This document shows, one piece after another, positions 39,166 to 48,694 of a stretch of 64,000 bases of DNA. The notes under the pieces were generated by a model. It saw only the letters and a program-made list of their open reading frames with translations, was not told the DNA's origin and ran no database searches. This stretch comes from an uncultured virus (IMG/VR IMGVR_UViG_3300031712_000005) (Duplodnaviria; Heunggongvirae; Uroviricota; Caudoviricetes), in the IMG/VR virus record IMGVR_UViG_3300031712_000005; one strand, given 5' to 3'. The first letter of the stretch is position 1. Each line of letters begins with the position of its first letter. A program made the position numbers and the translations under genes.

Positions 39166-39636
39166 ATGTGCATGCCTCCTGAAGATTACGATGACAGTTG
39201 GGAAGTACGTCGGAGAGCCAACTTGAAAAGAAGGGCTCTCCGAGAGCAGGCGGTTGCCTACAAGGGTGGGAAGTTCGAGATCTGTGGGTACCAAAAGTGC
39301 TTGGGTGCACTCGAATTTCACCATCCAGATCCGCTGAATAAGGAGTTCAACATCTCCGACCGGATAATTTCATTCGAGGTCATCCAGGCTGAATTGGATA
39401 AGTGTCACCTGCTCTGCGCCAATTGCCATCGGGAAGTCCACGATGGTCTTCATCCTGGGTACTTGGTTATCGATGGCTCATCGTTCGAAGTAGATATCGT
39501 GGATCTTGATGACGGGGTCAGCTATACAGATGAGCTGGAATTAGAGGACATACTTGAACAGGTCAGCCAGAATCTTGAGCCTACCTTAAAACCACCCACG
39601 CCCAGACGCAATAAAGGGCGAATCGCCGCGGTATAA
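39166..39636 (+). CDS. HNH endonuclease-like protein
   Basis: GGKFEICGY...LEFHH...[17 protein letters not shown] (first Zn Cys replaced by Phe). Confidence 0.8.
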   Translation: MCMPPEDYDDSWEVRRRANLKRRALREQAVAYKGGKFEICGYQKCLGALEFHHPDPLNKEFNISDRIISFEVIQAELDKCHLLCANCHREVHDGLHPGYLVIDGSSFEVDIVDLDDGVSYTDELELEDILEQVSQNLEPTLKPPTPRRNKGRIAAV

Positions 39637-39693
39637 CTTTTTCTTGTACTACTGGCTACTTTGGTGTAACTATCACCCAAAAGGTAGGTCCAG

Positions 39694-40044
39694 ATGAGTA
39701 CCAAGGCGATTGTTTTCAGTATTGTAGGGATGATCATAGGCATACTGGCCCTGTCCTGGGTTATACAGGGTAACGAGTTCTTCTTGCTTCGGGCATTCGG
39801 GGCTCCGATGGAGAATGCTCGTTACATCGCCCAGAAGGAGAGTCAGCCCTACAAGGACGGTTTGGTCAAGGAGATGCGTCGTCTTCAGACCGAGTACGTT
39901 CAGGCGGATCCTCCTCATCAGAACGCCTTGGCGGGGGTCATCCTCGGTACTGTAGGCGCCGATGATGAAGCGAAGCTACCCCTCGACTTGCAACAGTTCC
40001 TTGACCAACTTCGTCAACAACAAGTAAGGATTCCAGTCAAATGA
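39694..40044 (+). CDS. membrane-anchored protein
   Basis: N-terminal TM segment. TGGTGTA at 39662. Confidence 0.7.
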   Translation: MSTKAIVFSIVGMIIGILALSWVIQGNEFFLLRAFGAPMENARYIAQKESQPYKDGLVKEMRRLQTEYVQADPPHQNALAGVILGTVGADDEAKLPLDLQQFLDQLRQQQVRIPVK

Positions 40045-40656
40045 AATTCAGTCATGTCGTAGTAGCCCTCTTGTTCTCGTTCCTTGGGGCATTATTTGTC
40101 GCGTGTGGTCCGCAGCAACAGAGCAGTGACGAAATCACAAGTAAGCGTCAAGAAACGCTTCTCATGCAGGGCGTCGAGAAGATCGGGATGCCCGGGATCA
40201 AGAACTTCCGTGAGTTGCGGATGTCGAATCGGATCCTAGAGGAACGAGATCAAACACATGACTTGGACTTACCTGTGGAGTGACTACCACCGGTGCTTCA
40301 CATTCATTGAGACTTCGGTGGCATATCCAATGCCCTATGCCACCCAACGAACAAGTCCACAGAAGATCGTTAAACGGGCTACTGATCATTGGCTTGCCAT
40401 GCCTCAAGCTGATCCCAATGGGCTCTACTCACCGGCGGACGCTGAGGGAACTTTCGTGGAGATGAACAACCCCACCAAGGTGAATCAGACTGGGTTGGTC
40501 TACAGTGAGCCTAGGATCTCAACCTTCCCTTACGAGCTTCCCCAGCGCCTTGTCTGTCCAGATCTGGTCAGACCTGAACCAATTAGTACCACGCTCAAGA
40601 CAGCCCCAAAGACCCCCGTGGTCTTGTCAGCACCCAAGAGAGAACCAGCTGATTGA
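40041..40656 (+). pseudogene. phage lipoprotein split by a +1 frameshift near 40255
   Basis: Lipobox FVAC and GMP.I.NF.E...RDQ in 40041..40283. TWTY...PYATQ..PQ...PQADPNGLYSP..AEGT in 40258..40656. Confidence 0.65.
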
Positions 40657-41747
40657 CTCCCTTCAAGTTTGAATACTCTGGTAACCTCACCTGGTTACCA
40701 GAGTCCATCATTTACTTCACCCGCCATGGGTCGCATGCTTACGGGACCGCACTCCCCGAGAGTGATATGGATATCCGAGGGGTGTGTATTGCCCCTCAGC
40801 GGTATCACTTGGGTTTTGAGCGCTTTGATGAGCTTGAGCAAAAGGTACCGGACCTGAAGATCTTCGAGTTGAGGAAGTTCTTCCTGCTGGCTATCGACAA
40901 TAACCCTAATGTGATTGAGTTGCTTTATACGGAGCCGGAGGACCACTTGCTGGTAACCCCGCTCGGTCAAAAGTTACTCGACAACAGAGACTTGTTCTTG
41001 AGCAAGCGTAGTCGATCTTCCTTCAGCGGCTACGCAATGCAGCAAATGAAGAGGATCAACACCCACTACAAGTGGTTGAGGGATCCACCAAAGGCCCCAC
41101 CCACTCGAACAGAGTTTGGACTCCCTACTCGAGATGAGGTTCCAGCCAACCAACTTCAGGCTGCCAAAGCAGCTGTCCAGAAGCAGGTTGATGAGTGGGA
41201 GTGGCGAAAGCTCGAAGGGGTGGATCCTTCGACTAGGATCGACATCAAGAACGAGTTCTTCCGTCGGCTCTTGGATATCACCCTGTGGAATTGGGATGAG
41301 GCCCACGACAAGCTCTATCCAGCGGCTGCCAACAAGTTGGGTTTTGACACCAACTTCATCCTATTGCTGGAGAAGGAGCGTCATTATACGAATGCCCTCA
41401 ACAACTGGAATGCCTACCTTGAGTGGCAGAAAACTCGTAACCCAGCTCGGGCTGAACTCGAGGCTAAATACGGGTACGACACCAAGCATTGCATGCACCT
41501 TGTTAGGTTATTCCGGATTTGTAGGGAGATCCTGACTGAAGGAGTAGTCCGTGTTCGACGTCCTGATGCGGCTGAGTTACTAGAGATCCGTCACGGTAAG
41601 TATGAGTATCCAGAGGTAGTGAAGATGTCAGTTGACATGGATCGCGAGATGCAAGAGCTAGCCAAGAAATCAACTCTTCCTCTATCAGCAGACAGGAAGA
41701 AGATCGATGCTCTATTTCAGGAGATGCTATTAACCTCTTGGGGTTGA
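40653..41747 (+). CDS. Pol-beta superfamily nucleotidyltransferase (YcgL/RlaP-like)
   Basis: GSHAYG...SDMDIRGV, NNPNVIELL, GYDTKHCMHLVRL. Confidence 0.85.
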   Translation: MTPFKFEYSGNLTWLPESIIYFTRHGSHAYGTALPESDMDIRGVCIAPQRYHLGFERFDELEQKVPDLKIFELRKFFLLAIDNNPNVIELLYTEPEDHLLVTPLGQKLLDNRDLFLSKRSRSSFSGYAMQQMKRINTHYKWLRDPPKAPPTRTEFGLPTRDEVPANQLQAAKAAVQKQVDEWEWRKLEGVDPSTRIDIKNEFFRRLLDITLWNWDEAHDKLYPAAANKLGFDTNFILLLEKERHYTNALNNWNAYLEWQKTRNPARAELEAKYGYDTKHCMHLVRLFRICREILTEGVVRVRRPDAAELLEIRHGKYEYPEVVKMSVDMDREMQELAKKSTLPLSADRKKIDALFQEMLLTSWG

Positions 41748-41790
41748 TCCATCGCGCAAATCTGTCATAATCGTCACGGGAGATTTTCCC

Positions 41791-42372
41791 GTGGGTCTTC
41801 TTGAAGAACGCCTAGCTAAACTCTGGATGACAGGGTTCCGGAAGAGTATTCCTCCTGGAGGATCCCCGAGATCTGCTTGGGCTCACCCCCAAGACTTGGT
41901 TCGAGTCATCCAAGAAGAGTTCGTGGTCTGCAAGCCTGAGGCTCAGGTTACCGACTACCTCATTCGATTTGCTTGGATTCACGACATCCTAGAAGATGGC
42001 TACCTGCGCGGGGGGACTCTTGTAACTGAAGAGGACCTCCTATTCCAGGGTGTTGATGCTCAGATCGTTATGGACGTGGTAGATATCTCTCGAAGTACGA
42101 CCGAGAGCAAGGATGCTTATCTAGCGCGCCTTATCAATTCCACTCCACGAGTCAAGTTGCTCAAGTGCATTGACAGAACCTGCAACCTACGAGAGTCCCC
42201 AAAGCATGATCATGCCTGGTGGGACCGGTACTCCGCCAGCACGCGCAAGTACATTCTGCCCTTGGCTAGCAGCCTACCCACCTCCAAAGGGTGGAACTCT
42301 TGGGCCACCGGTATCCTTGAGCATGCACTGACACTGAGACCATCTCGAAGGTTCAATCAAGTTACGCTCTAG
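41791..42372 (+). CDS. HD-domain hydrolase (Mesh1/SpoT-hydrolase-like)
   Basis: HP..., WIHDILED, KCIDRTCNL. TTGATC-N16-CATAAT upstream. Confidence 0.75.
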   Translation: MGLLEERLAKLWMTGFRKSIPPGGSPRSAWAHPQDLVRVIQEEFVVCKPEAQVTDYLIRFAWIHDILEDGYLRGGTLVTEEDLLFQGVDAQIVMDVVDISRSTTESKDAYLARLINSTPRVKLLKCIDRTCNLRESPKHDHAWWDRYSASTRKYILPLASSLPTSKGWNSWATGILEHALTLRPSRRFNQVTL

Positions 42373-42393
42373 TCCTTCTATGGTTTCTCCTAG

Positions 42394-42639
42394 GTGATGG
42401 ACCCTATCGTTCGCGCCATAGTAGCCAGAGTCATGAAGGGGGAGGTAGATTCAATAGCGGACCTAATCCCGACAGATCCCAAAGAGCACTACCTCGTCGA
42501 GTGCAGTATCTGTAACACGGTAATCAGCCAATGCAGATGTATGGGTCCAAAGACAGTGATTAAAGCCATTTGCGACCAATGCAATGGGATAGGCCCTAAG
42601 GCTGAAAACACCTTCCAGTTGACATCATATCCCGAATAA
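42394..42639 (+). CDS. small Zn-finger protein
   Basis: CSIC..CRC..CDQC. Confidence 0.65.
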   Translation: MMDPIVRAIVARVMKGEVDSIADLIPTDPKEHYLVECSICNTVISQCRCMGPKTVIKAICDQCNGIGPKAENTFQLTSYPE

Positions 42640-42704
42640 ATCCGATAGACTTGACCCATCACTCGGTGTAATGTCCTTCTCCAACCGAAAGGACTCAAGC
42701 ACCA

Positions 42705-45038
42705 ATGGCAGAAATCAAAGTATCGGACAGGATTACCCTAAAGAGTACCACAGTATCGGCAGCTCCTCAGGCCAAGTCGGTTGATGTTGCAACCAACCAC
42801 ATAGCGGTAATCGATTGCTCCGGTTCTATGTCTTGGGAACTTCCTAAGATTCGTGAGCAACTCAAGAAGAAGCTGCCAAAACTCTTGGGTCCAAAGGACA
42901 CGATCTCGATTATCTGGTTCTCGGGGCGCGGGCAGTGCGGTGTCCTCCTCAAGGCGGAGCCCGTGGCTACTTTGACCGATTTGAGCTTGGTCAATCAAGC
43001 TATCGACCGGTGGTTGAATCCCATTGGGATGACCGGGTTCAAAGAGCCTCTTATGGAGGTGTCTAAGTTAATCACCGAGATCAAGGGTAAGATACCAGGC
43101 AGTATCTTCTCTCTGTTCTTCATGTCCGATGGTTGCGACAACCAGTGGTCTCGCCAGGATATTCTCAAGACGGTCGAGGAGACTGCTGGTGGTCTAGCGG
43201 CGGCTACCTTCGTGGAGTACGGCTACTACGCTGACCGCCCATTATTGACAGCAATGGCTGAAAAGTCCGGAGGGCAGTTGCTATTCGCTGCAAACTTCGA
43301 CAGCTACCAGCCGACATTCGAAGCTTCTTTGGGAAAGAAGCTTTCTGGCGCCCCTAAGGTCGAAGTTCGAATCCCAGAGAAGCCTATCAATGGCTTCGTG
43401 TTCACCCTGAAGGATGGTGAGTTGACCACCTACGGGGTTGAAGACTTCAAGGCGAGCCTTCCGGAAGACACTCGAGAGTTTTGGTATCTCGCTGAGGATC
43501 CTCACCCATACAAGGACAAGTTGAACAACAAGTCCAGTGAGGAAGCGCTTGCAGCCTCCTATGCAGCCATCTCGCTTTACTCAGTCCGTATGAACTCGGA
43601 TGTAGTCCTGGCGCTCCTGAAGGGTGTTGGGGACGTCTACCTCATCGAACGGTTCGCCTGTTGCTTCGGGAAGCAACTCTATAGTTCGTTCATGGACTAT
43701 GCCAAGGAGGCGACTGTCAAGAAGGACCTCCGGTACACCAAGGGCTATGACCCCACCAAGGTTCCTGCAGACGACGCCTACACTATCCTCGACTTGCTAC
43801 GGCTCCTAGCCAGTGACGACGATAACCACGTCCTGTTGGATCACCCGAGCTTCAAGTACAATCAGATCGGTCGGAGTCGTATCGATGCTGACGAGGTCAT
43901 GACTCCTGAAGAGCAAGCCAAAGTAGACGAGATCAACGCGAAGATGGCCAAGCCCAAAATTAAGGCCAGTGATCTCAAGAAACTCCAAGAGGAGTTGGCT
44001 GCTATCCTTGGTTCGAAGAAAGAGGCTTTGAAGTTCGAAGCCGATAAAGCTCCTGATGGGTATTCAATCTCGAATCTTGTCTACAACGAGAACCGCCCGA
44101 ACGTCTCTATCAACCTCAAGATGCCTGGAATTGTCGACTTGAGTGCTCGTCTTCCTGAAGGTCCAGAGTACGTGAAGATCCCCAAAGTACTCTCTACATT
44201 TGTCTACAGGAATAGGACCATCATCAAGGACGGTCTGGTGAACGTTGAAGTTCTTCCGGTACGGGTTACTCAGGAGACAGCCAAGAAGTTGGCTGAGTTG
44301 CTACCAGCTGAGGCTAAGCCCTCCAACATCTCGATGGCTGGCAACTTCGTAACGGGAGTGATTGACCTGCGCGCCCTTCCGGTCATCAACCGCAAGATGG
44401 TGTCCTCAGTGAGCGCCAGGGAGTTGTTCGAGCTTCAGTACCAATTGCTCTGCACCAAGGCAGACCAGAAGGTCTACAAGGAATACCTGGACTCCAGGTT
44501 CCCCAAGAAGGCCTCAGCAAAGGATGAGGAGAAGTACGGGGTGGAGGGCGCCAAGTGGTTGCTCGAACAAGGGTTCAACTACAACGGCTATGCGCCACCC
44601 CACACGACTCAAGCTGAGGCAACGGATGAGTACATGGGCAAGCAACTTGATGTTGTCATCCCGGGCTTCAAGTCGTCGCTACCCAAGGTCTCGGATGTGC
44701 GGGACAGGTTCGCCTCCAAGAAGAAGCAAACGTCTCTTGGGGCGCTCATGGCTCCGGCGGTGGAAGAGGTAGAAAAGTACCTTGCCAGTGATGAGTACAC
44801 GAAGGCCGTCAACAAGGATGTTGCCTTCAAGGCCTGGATTGAAGCTAAGGCCAAAGCATCAATCCAGAAGGCTCGTCAGTTCATGTATCAGATGGCCTGT
44901 ATCAAGTTCAGCGTGATCGTAGGCCAAGTCTGGTTTCGTGAGTTCAGCTCCCTTGACGAAAACACTTTGACGGTGAATCTCGGTGGGCAGGACGTTGCTT
45001 GCGAAGTCAAGATGACCGAGATTGCCATCAAGATCTAA
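42705..45038 (+). CDS. large vWA-domain protein
   Basis: MIDAS DCSGSM...T...SDG. CGGTGTA at 42664. Confidence 0.85.
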   Translation: MAEIKVSDRITLKSTTVSAAPQAKSVDVATNHIAVIDCSGSMSWELPKIREQLKKKLPKLLGPKDTISIIWFSGRGQCGVLLKAEPVATLTDLSLVNQAIDRWLNPIGMTGFKEPLMEVSKLITEIKGKIPGSIFSLFFMSDGCDNQWSRQDILKTVEETAGGLAAATFVEYGYYADRPLLTAMAEKSGGQLLFAANFDSYQPTFEASLGKKLSGAPKVEVRIPEKPINGFVFTLKDGELTTYGVEDFKASLPEDTREFWYLAEDPHPYKDKLNNKSSEEALAASYAAISLYSVRMNSDVVLALLKGVGDVYLIERFACCFGKQLYSSFMDYAKEATVKKDLRYTKGYDPTKVPADDAYTILDLLRLLASDDDNHVLLDHPSFKYNQIGRSRIDADEVMTPEEQAKVDEINAKMAKPKIKASDLKKLQEELAAILGSKKEALKFEADKAPDGYSISNLVYNENRPNVSINLKMPGIVDLSARLPEGPEYVKIPKVLSTFVYRNRTIIKDGLVNVEVLPVRVTQETAKKLAELLPAEAKPSNISMAGNFVTGVIDLRALPVINRKMVSSVSARELFELQYQLLCTKADQKVYKEYLDSRFPKKASAKDEEKYGVEGAKWLLEQGFNYNGYAPPHTTQAEATDEYMGKQLDVVIPGFKSSLPKVSDVRDRFASKKKQTSLGALMAPAVEEVEKYLASDEYTKAVNKDVAFKAWIEAKAKASIQKARQFMYQMACIKFSVIVGQVWFREFSSLDENTLTVNLGGQDVACEVKMTEIAIKI

Positions 45039-45499
45039 TGCCTGACCAGAAGAAACCTGACAACTCAGTACCATTAGCCATGGAGAGAGCCTTCATTGAG
45101 GGCCTCTCCATGATGGCTGAGGGTTGGTGTGGAGCCATCAAAAAGACAGCCGAGGATGCTGGTATCCCATACTTTGTAGAGTGCGAGTGCGATGGTAAGC
45201 GGGGTCCCCGGGTCTTGCACTATCGAGAGGATGGTACTTGTTGTGGGTCTGGTCCAGGTCTCATCCTACCAGGGGAGGCTGACAACGGGCCTAGTTGTTT
45301 CCTGGATGTCCCCAAGGCTCTCGCTCGCCTTGGGGAACGACCCATCATCGGAATGTACTTTCACCTACCTAGCCTCAACTTGGTACTGGTCACTCAAGAC
45401 GATAAGATTGGGATTCGTTCAACCTGTCTTGTCAAGGGCAGAAACCAACTCATCACTGAACTTCATGCCAGGAAAACCAAAGTATCCCAATCAAGTTGA
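45038..45499 (+). CDS. hypothetical protein
   Basis: TAATG coupling. Confidence 0.6.
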   Translation: MPDQKKPDNSVPLAMERAFIEGLSMMAEGWCGAIKKTAEDAGIPYFVECECDGKRGPRVLHYREDGTCCGSGPGLILPGEADNGPSCFLDVPKALARLGERPIIGMYFHLPSLNLVLVTQDDKIGIRSTCLVKGRNQLITELHARKTKVSQSS

Positions 45500-45559
45500 G
45501 GGTTTTGCTTCGTACGAAAGCGTCTTGCTGTTATCCAGCACTTGGGTTAGGGTGCTACG

Positions 45560-47218
45560 GTGAAGACTCGATTAAACTGGATCTGCTTCTTCGTTGGCTT
45601 CGTAGTACTGTTGGTTTTAGGGGGTTGGTTAGCCAGCCCCCTACTGCTGAAGTACTACATCAACCACAAGGTCCAAGGGGTTCAGGTAGATTCAGCTAGG
45701 TTGAGAAGTTTGGATTGCATTCAGTTGAGCGGGGTCCACATCAACATTGCCAACACCTACGGCGACCTCAAACAAGTTCTTGCTTGTAACAAAGCGCGAA
45801 CGATTGATGCCGATGGCGGTACACTAGACATCACTCTCAACAAGAATGATGGACCTAAGAAGACCAGTGGTTACAAGGTCACTGCTCACCACCTCAATGT
45901 TTTCCTTCGTATGGATGGAAGGACGGTTGAGATTACTGGGGCCTCGATGGTTCCTGGTAAGGCTTGCGGGCAGATCGCCAGTGTTCAAGTAGGTCCTGCA
46001 AAGGTCATAGTGAGCGACGTTTGCGTTGATCTATCGACTCACCAGATCACTTTTGAGAACGGTAGTGCCTTTATTACCCAGCTTTTTGGACACCCGATTG
46101 GCTTGATCACTATGGGGCAAGGTAGAGTAGATCCTATTGCCAAGATAGCTGATTTTCAGTTCTTGAAGCGGGAACCATTCACAATGAGTGGGCTTCATGT
46201 CGAGCTAAAAGATAATCTCGTAACGTTTACAGCCGCCAGTGTAACAGGATCTCACAAGCGTATCTACAAGGACCCTCTGACACTCAAGGATGTAGTCATC
46301 GGTCCAGTGGATATTGGTGCTCCTCTTGATAGGGCTGTGCAAGTCAGTTCAAGGGGGGCGCTACTTACTGTTGACCTAAGAAGCTGGCATGTTGAAGGAA
46401 AAGAGCCCTGTCAAAAGTGGCTCGATGCCGTACCTGATGCACTCAAGGAGGGTCCCATCTCCGAGATGCAACTCACCGGCAACTTTGCTATCGACCTGAC
46501 TATAAAGCCGGATGTTCGCCTCAGGATCTCGAATCAGTGCCTTCTAGCCAAGGGTCCACCCCCGAAGTTCATCCAAGCCCTATCAGGTAAGTTCAAGTAT
46601 GTGGCTTACCATCCGGATGGTAAGCCGTTCGATCGTGAAGCTGGACCGGGGACGGCCGAGTGGGTTCCTCTGCAGCTGGTATCACCAAACATGGCTACGG
46701 CGCTGACAACGACGGAGGACCCGGGGTTTCAGTACCACCGGGGGATCATCCCTCAGGCTATCGAGAACTCCCTGAAGGACAACCTCAAGCTCGGGAAGTT
46801 CTTCCGTGGTGGCTCCACGTTGACCATGCAGCTCGCCAAGAACCTCTGGCTATCCAGAACCCGCACCCTCGGACGGAAGCTTCAGGAGGCCATCCTGACC
46901 GTAGCGTTGGAGAGCGCGCTCCCCAAGGACAAGATTCTAGAACTTTACCTGAATATTGTGGAGTATGGGCCTAACCTCTACGGAATAGGCCCAGCATCGA
47001 AAGAGATCCTACACAAGGACCCTCTTGAGCTGACACTTACGGACTCAATGTACTTGGTCCTGAGATTGCCCGCCCCGAACCACTCAGCTTCTTATGAGCG
47101 GATGAAGGGTATGATCAGCAAGCTTCTTGACAATGCCTTGAAGGCCGGTAAGGTCACTGAGGACATGGTAGAGGTCGAGAAGGGCCAGATCACTCCAGTG
47201 AACTTTGACGACGACTGA
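45560..47218 (+). CDS. monofunctional peptidoglycan glycosyltransferase (GT51), membrane anchored
   Basis: TED..F..H.G, GGSTLTMQLAKNL, RKLQE, KDKILELYLN. N-terminal TM segment. Confidence 0.9.
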   Translation: MKTRLNWICFFVGFVVLLVLGGWLASPLLLKYYINHKVQGVQVDSARLRSLDCIQLSGVHINIANTYGDLKQVLACNKARTIDADGGTLDITLNKNDGPKKTSGYKVTAHHLNVFLRMDGRTVEITGASMVPGKACGQIASVQVGPAKVIVSDVCVDLSTHQITFENGSAFITQLFGHPIGLITMGQGRVDPIAKIADFQFLKREPFTMSGLHVELKDNLVTFTAASVTGSHKRIYKDPLTLKDVVIGPVDIGAPLDRAVQVSSRGALLTVDLRSWHVEGKEPCQKWLDAVPDALKEGPISEMQLTGNFAIDLTIKPDVRLRISNQCLLAKGPPPKFIQALSGKFKYVAYHPDGKPFDREAGPGTAEWVPLQLVSPNMATALTTTEDPGFQYHRGIIPQAIENSLKDNLKLGKFFRGGSTLTMQLAKNLWLSRTRTLGRKLQEAILTVALESALPKDKILELYLNIVEYGPNLYGIGPASKEILHKDPLELTLTDSMYLVLRLPAPNHSASYERMKGMISKLLDNALKAGKVTEDMVEVEKGQITPVNFDDD

Positions 47219-47230
47219 AGGAAGTATCTC

Positions 47231-47470
47231 ATGCTGAAACTAAAGACTAGGGCCTATAGTTGCAATGTCAACGACGTGACCACTGGAGATTACATCGAGG
47301 TCAAGTCAGTATGGGTCAAGATTGTATCCAATACTGCTCATGGGCTACCAAAGTCCCCTATGCCATTGGGCTGGACTGTCACGGCTGAGAATGGTAAGTC
47401 CTACGGGCACAAGGACCCAGTGAGGTTTGCTAGGGCAACCGACCTCGAAGAAGTACCTGACGCTCCGTAA
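47231..47470 (+). CDS. hypothetical protein
   Basis: AAGGA RBS. Confidence 0.6.
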   Translation: MLKLKTRAYSCNVNDVTTGDYIEVKSVWVKIVSNTAHGLPKSPMPLGWTVTAENGKSYGHKDPVRFARATDLEEVPDAP

Positions 47471-47493
47471 TACGTCCGGTGTAACCGGACTCC

Positions 47494-48648
47494 ATGTCGA
47501 ACCAGGTATGGAAGTCAGGTCTCAAGGTTGTCTACGCCAAAGAGGAATTGCCCACTGAGATCGTGAAGAGCATCTTCCTAGCTGGTCCAACCCCACGGGA
47601 GTTGGTTGTACCCAGTTGGCGCCCTGAAGCTCTCGAACTCCTAGAAAAGCTTGGTTACGACGGACACGTGTTCGTCCCAGAACCCCGTGACGGTAAGTTC
47701 TCGGGGGACTACGTCGACCAGGTTGAGTGGGAAACCAGCGCACTCAATCAGGCCGACATCATCGTCTTCTGGGTCCCCAGGGACATGAAGACCTTGCCGG
47801 CCCTGACTACCAACATCGAGTGGGGTCTTTGGGCTGACACCGGGAAGTGTGTCCTTGGTACTCCCACTGGAGCGGAGCATGTCCGCTACCTTCAGTGGAT
47901 GGCTGCCAAAATGAAGGTGCCCAACTACAGTACATTGGAGGCTACACTTCAGGAAGCCATTGAGCGGATTGGTGATGGTGCTCTCCGTAAAGGGGGTGAC
48001 ACTCAAGTGCCCCTTCATGTCTGGACACACCCAACCTTCCAAGAGTGGTTGGTTGCCCAGAAGAGCGTTGGAAACCACCTTGATAGTGCCAAGGTTCTCT
48101 GGACATTTAGAGTTGGTAGACAGCTTGATAAGGTTTTCTCATGGTGTTTGCACGCCAACGTTTGGGTTGAATCAGAGAAGAGGTTCAAGTCGAACGAGTA
48201 CGTGTTGGGCAGGACCGATTTTGTCTCATGTGTCATGCATCGAGATAACCAGATTGTCCTTGTTCGTGAATTCCGGAGCCCAGTGAGGAATGAGGCTGGG
48301 TTCGTATACGAGCTTCCCGGGGGTTCGTCTCACAATGCGGGTGAGGACCAGCAATCTGTGATCGCCCATGAGATTGAGGAAGAGACTGGTCTGAAAATTG
48401 ATCCTAAGCGCTTTCAACTATGTGAGACTAGGCAACAGATGGCGACGTTCGCAGCTCAGTCTGCAACCTTGTTCTCGGTTAGGCTGAGTGAAGAGGAGCT
48501 AGGTAAATTAAAGGCAGATGCTGGGAACGTACATGGAGTCTTAGAAGATACTGAGCGAACCTTTGTCGAAGTGTGGGACATTGATGGTATCAAAGACTCT
48601 CGACTTGTGGACTGGGTTACCCTCGGGATGATCCTTACCGTGGTGTAA
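47494..48648 (+). CDS. nucleoside 2-deoxyribosyltransferase-like + NUDIX hydrolase fusion
   Basis: IFLAGPT, SWR, QVEWE, TTNIEWG. Nudix box ELPGG...HEIEEETGL. CGGTGTA (47477) 10 nt upstream. Confidence 0.85.
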   Translation: MSNQVWKSGLKVVYAKEELPTEIVKSIFLAGPTPRELVVPSWRPEALELLEKLGYDGHVFVPEPRDGKFSGDYVDQVEWETSALNQADIIVFWVPRDMKTLPALTTNIEWGLWADTGKCVLGTPTGAEHVRYLQWMAAKMKVPNYSTLEATLQEAIERIGDGALRKGGDTQVPLHVWTHPTFQEWLVAQKSVGNHLDSAKVLWTFRVGRQLDKVFSWCLHANVWVESEKRFKSNEYVLGRTDFVSCVMHRDNQIVLVREFRSPVRNEAGFVYELPGGSSHNAGEDQQSVIAHEIEEETGLKIDPKRFQLCETRQQMATFAAQSATLFSVRLSEEELGKLKADAGNVHGVLEDTERTFVEVWDIDGIKDSRLVDWVTLGMILTVV

Positions 48649-48660
48649 CTCCGAGGCGCC

Positions 48661-48694
48661 AACCCCAATATACTACTTGTGGTGTATTGGGGTT
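48661..48694 (+). promoter_or_regulatory. 15-bp RNA hairpin (CUUG loop) containing the TGGTGTA element, abutting ATG 48695
   Basis: AACCCCAATATACTA-CTTG-TGGTGTATTGGGGTT, with two G-U pairs. Confidence 0.75.
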
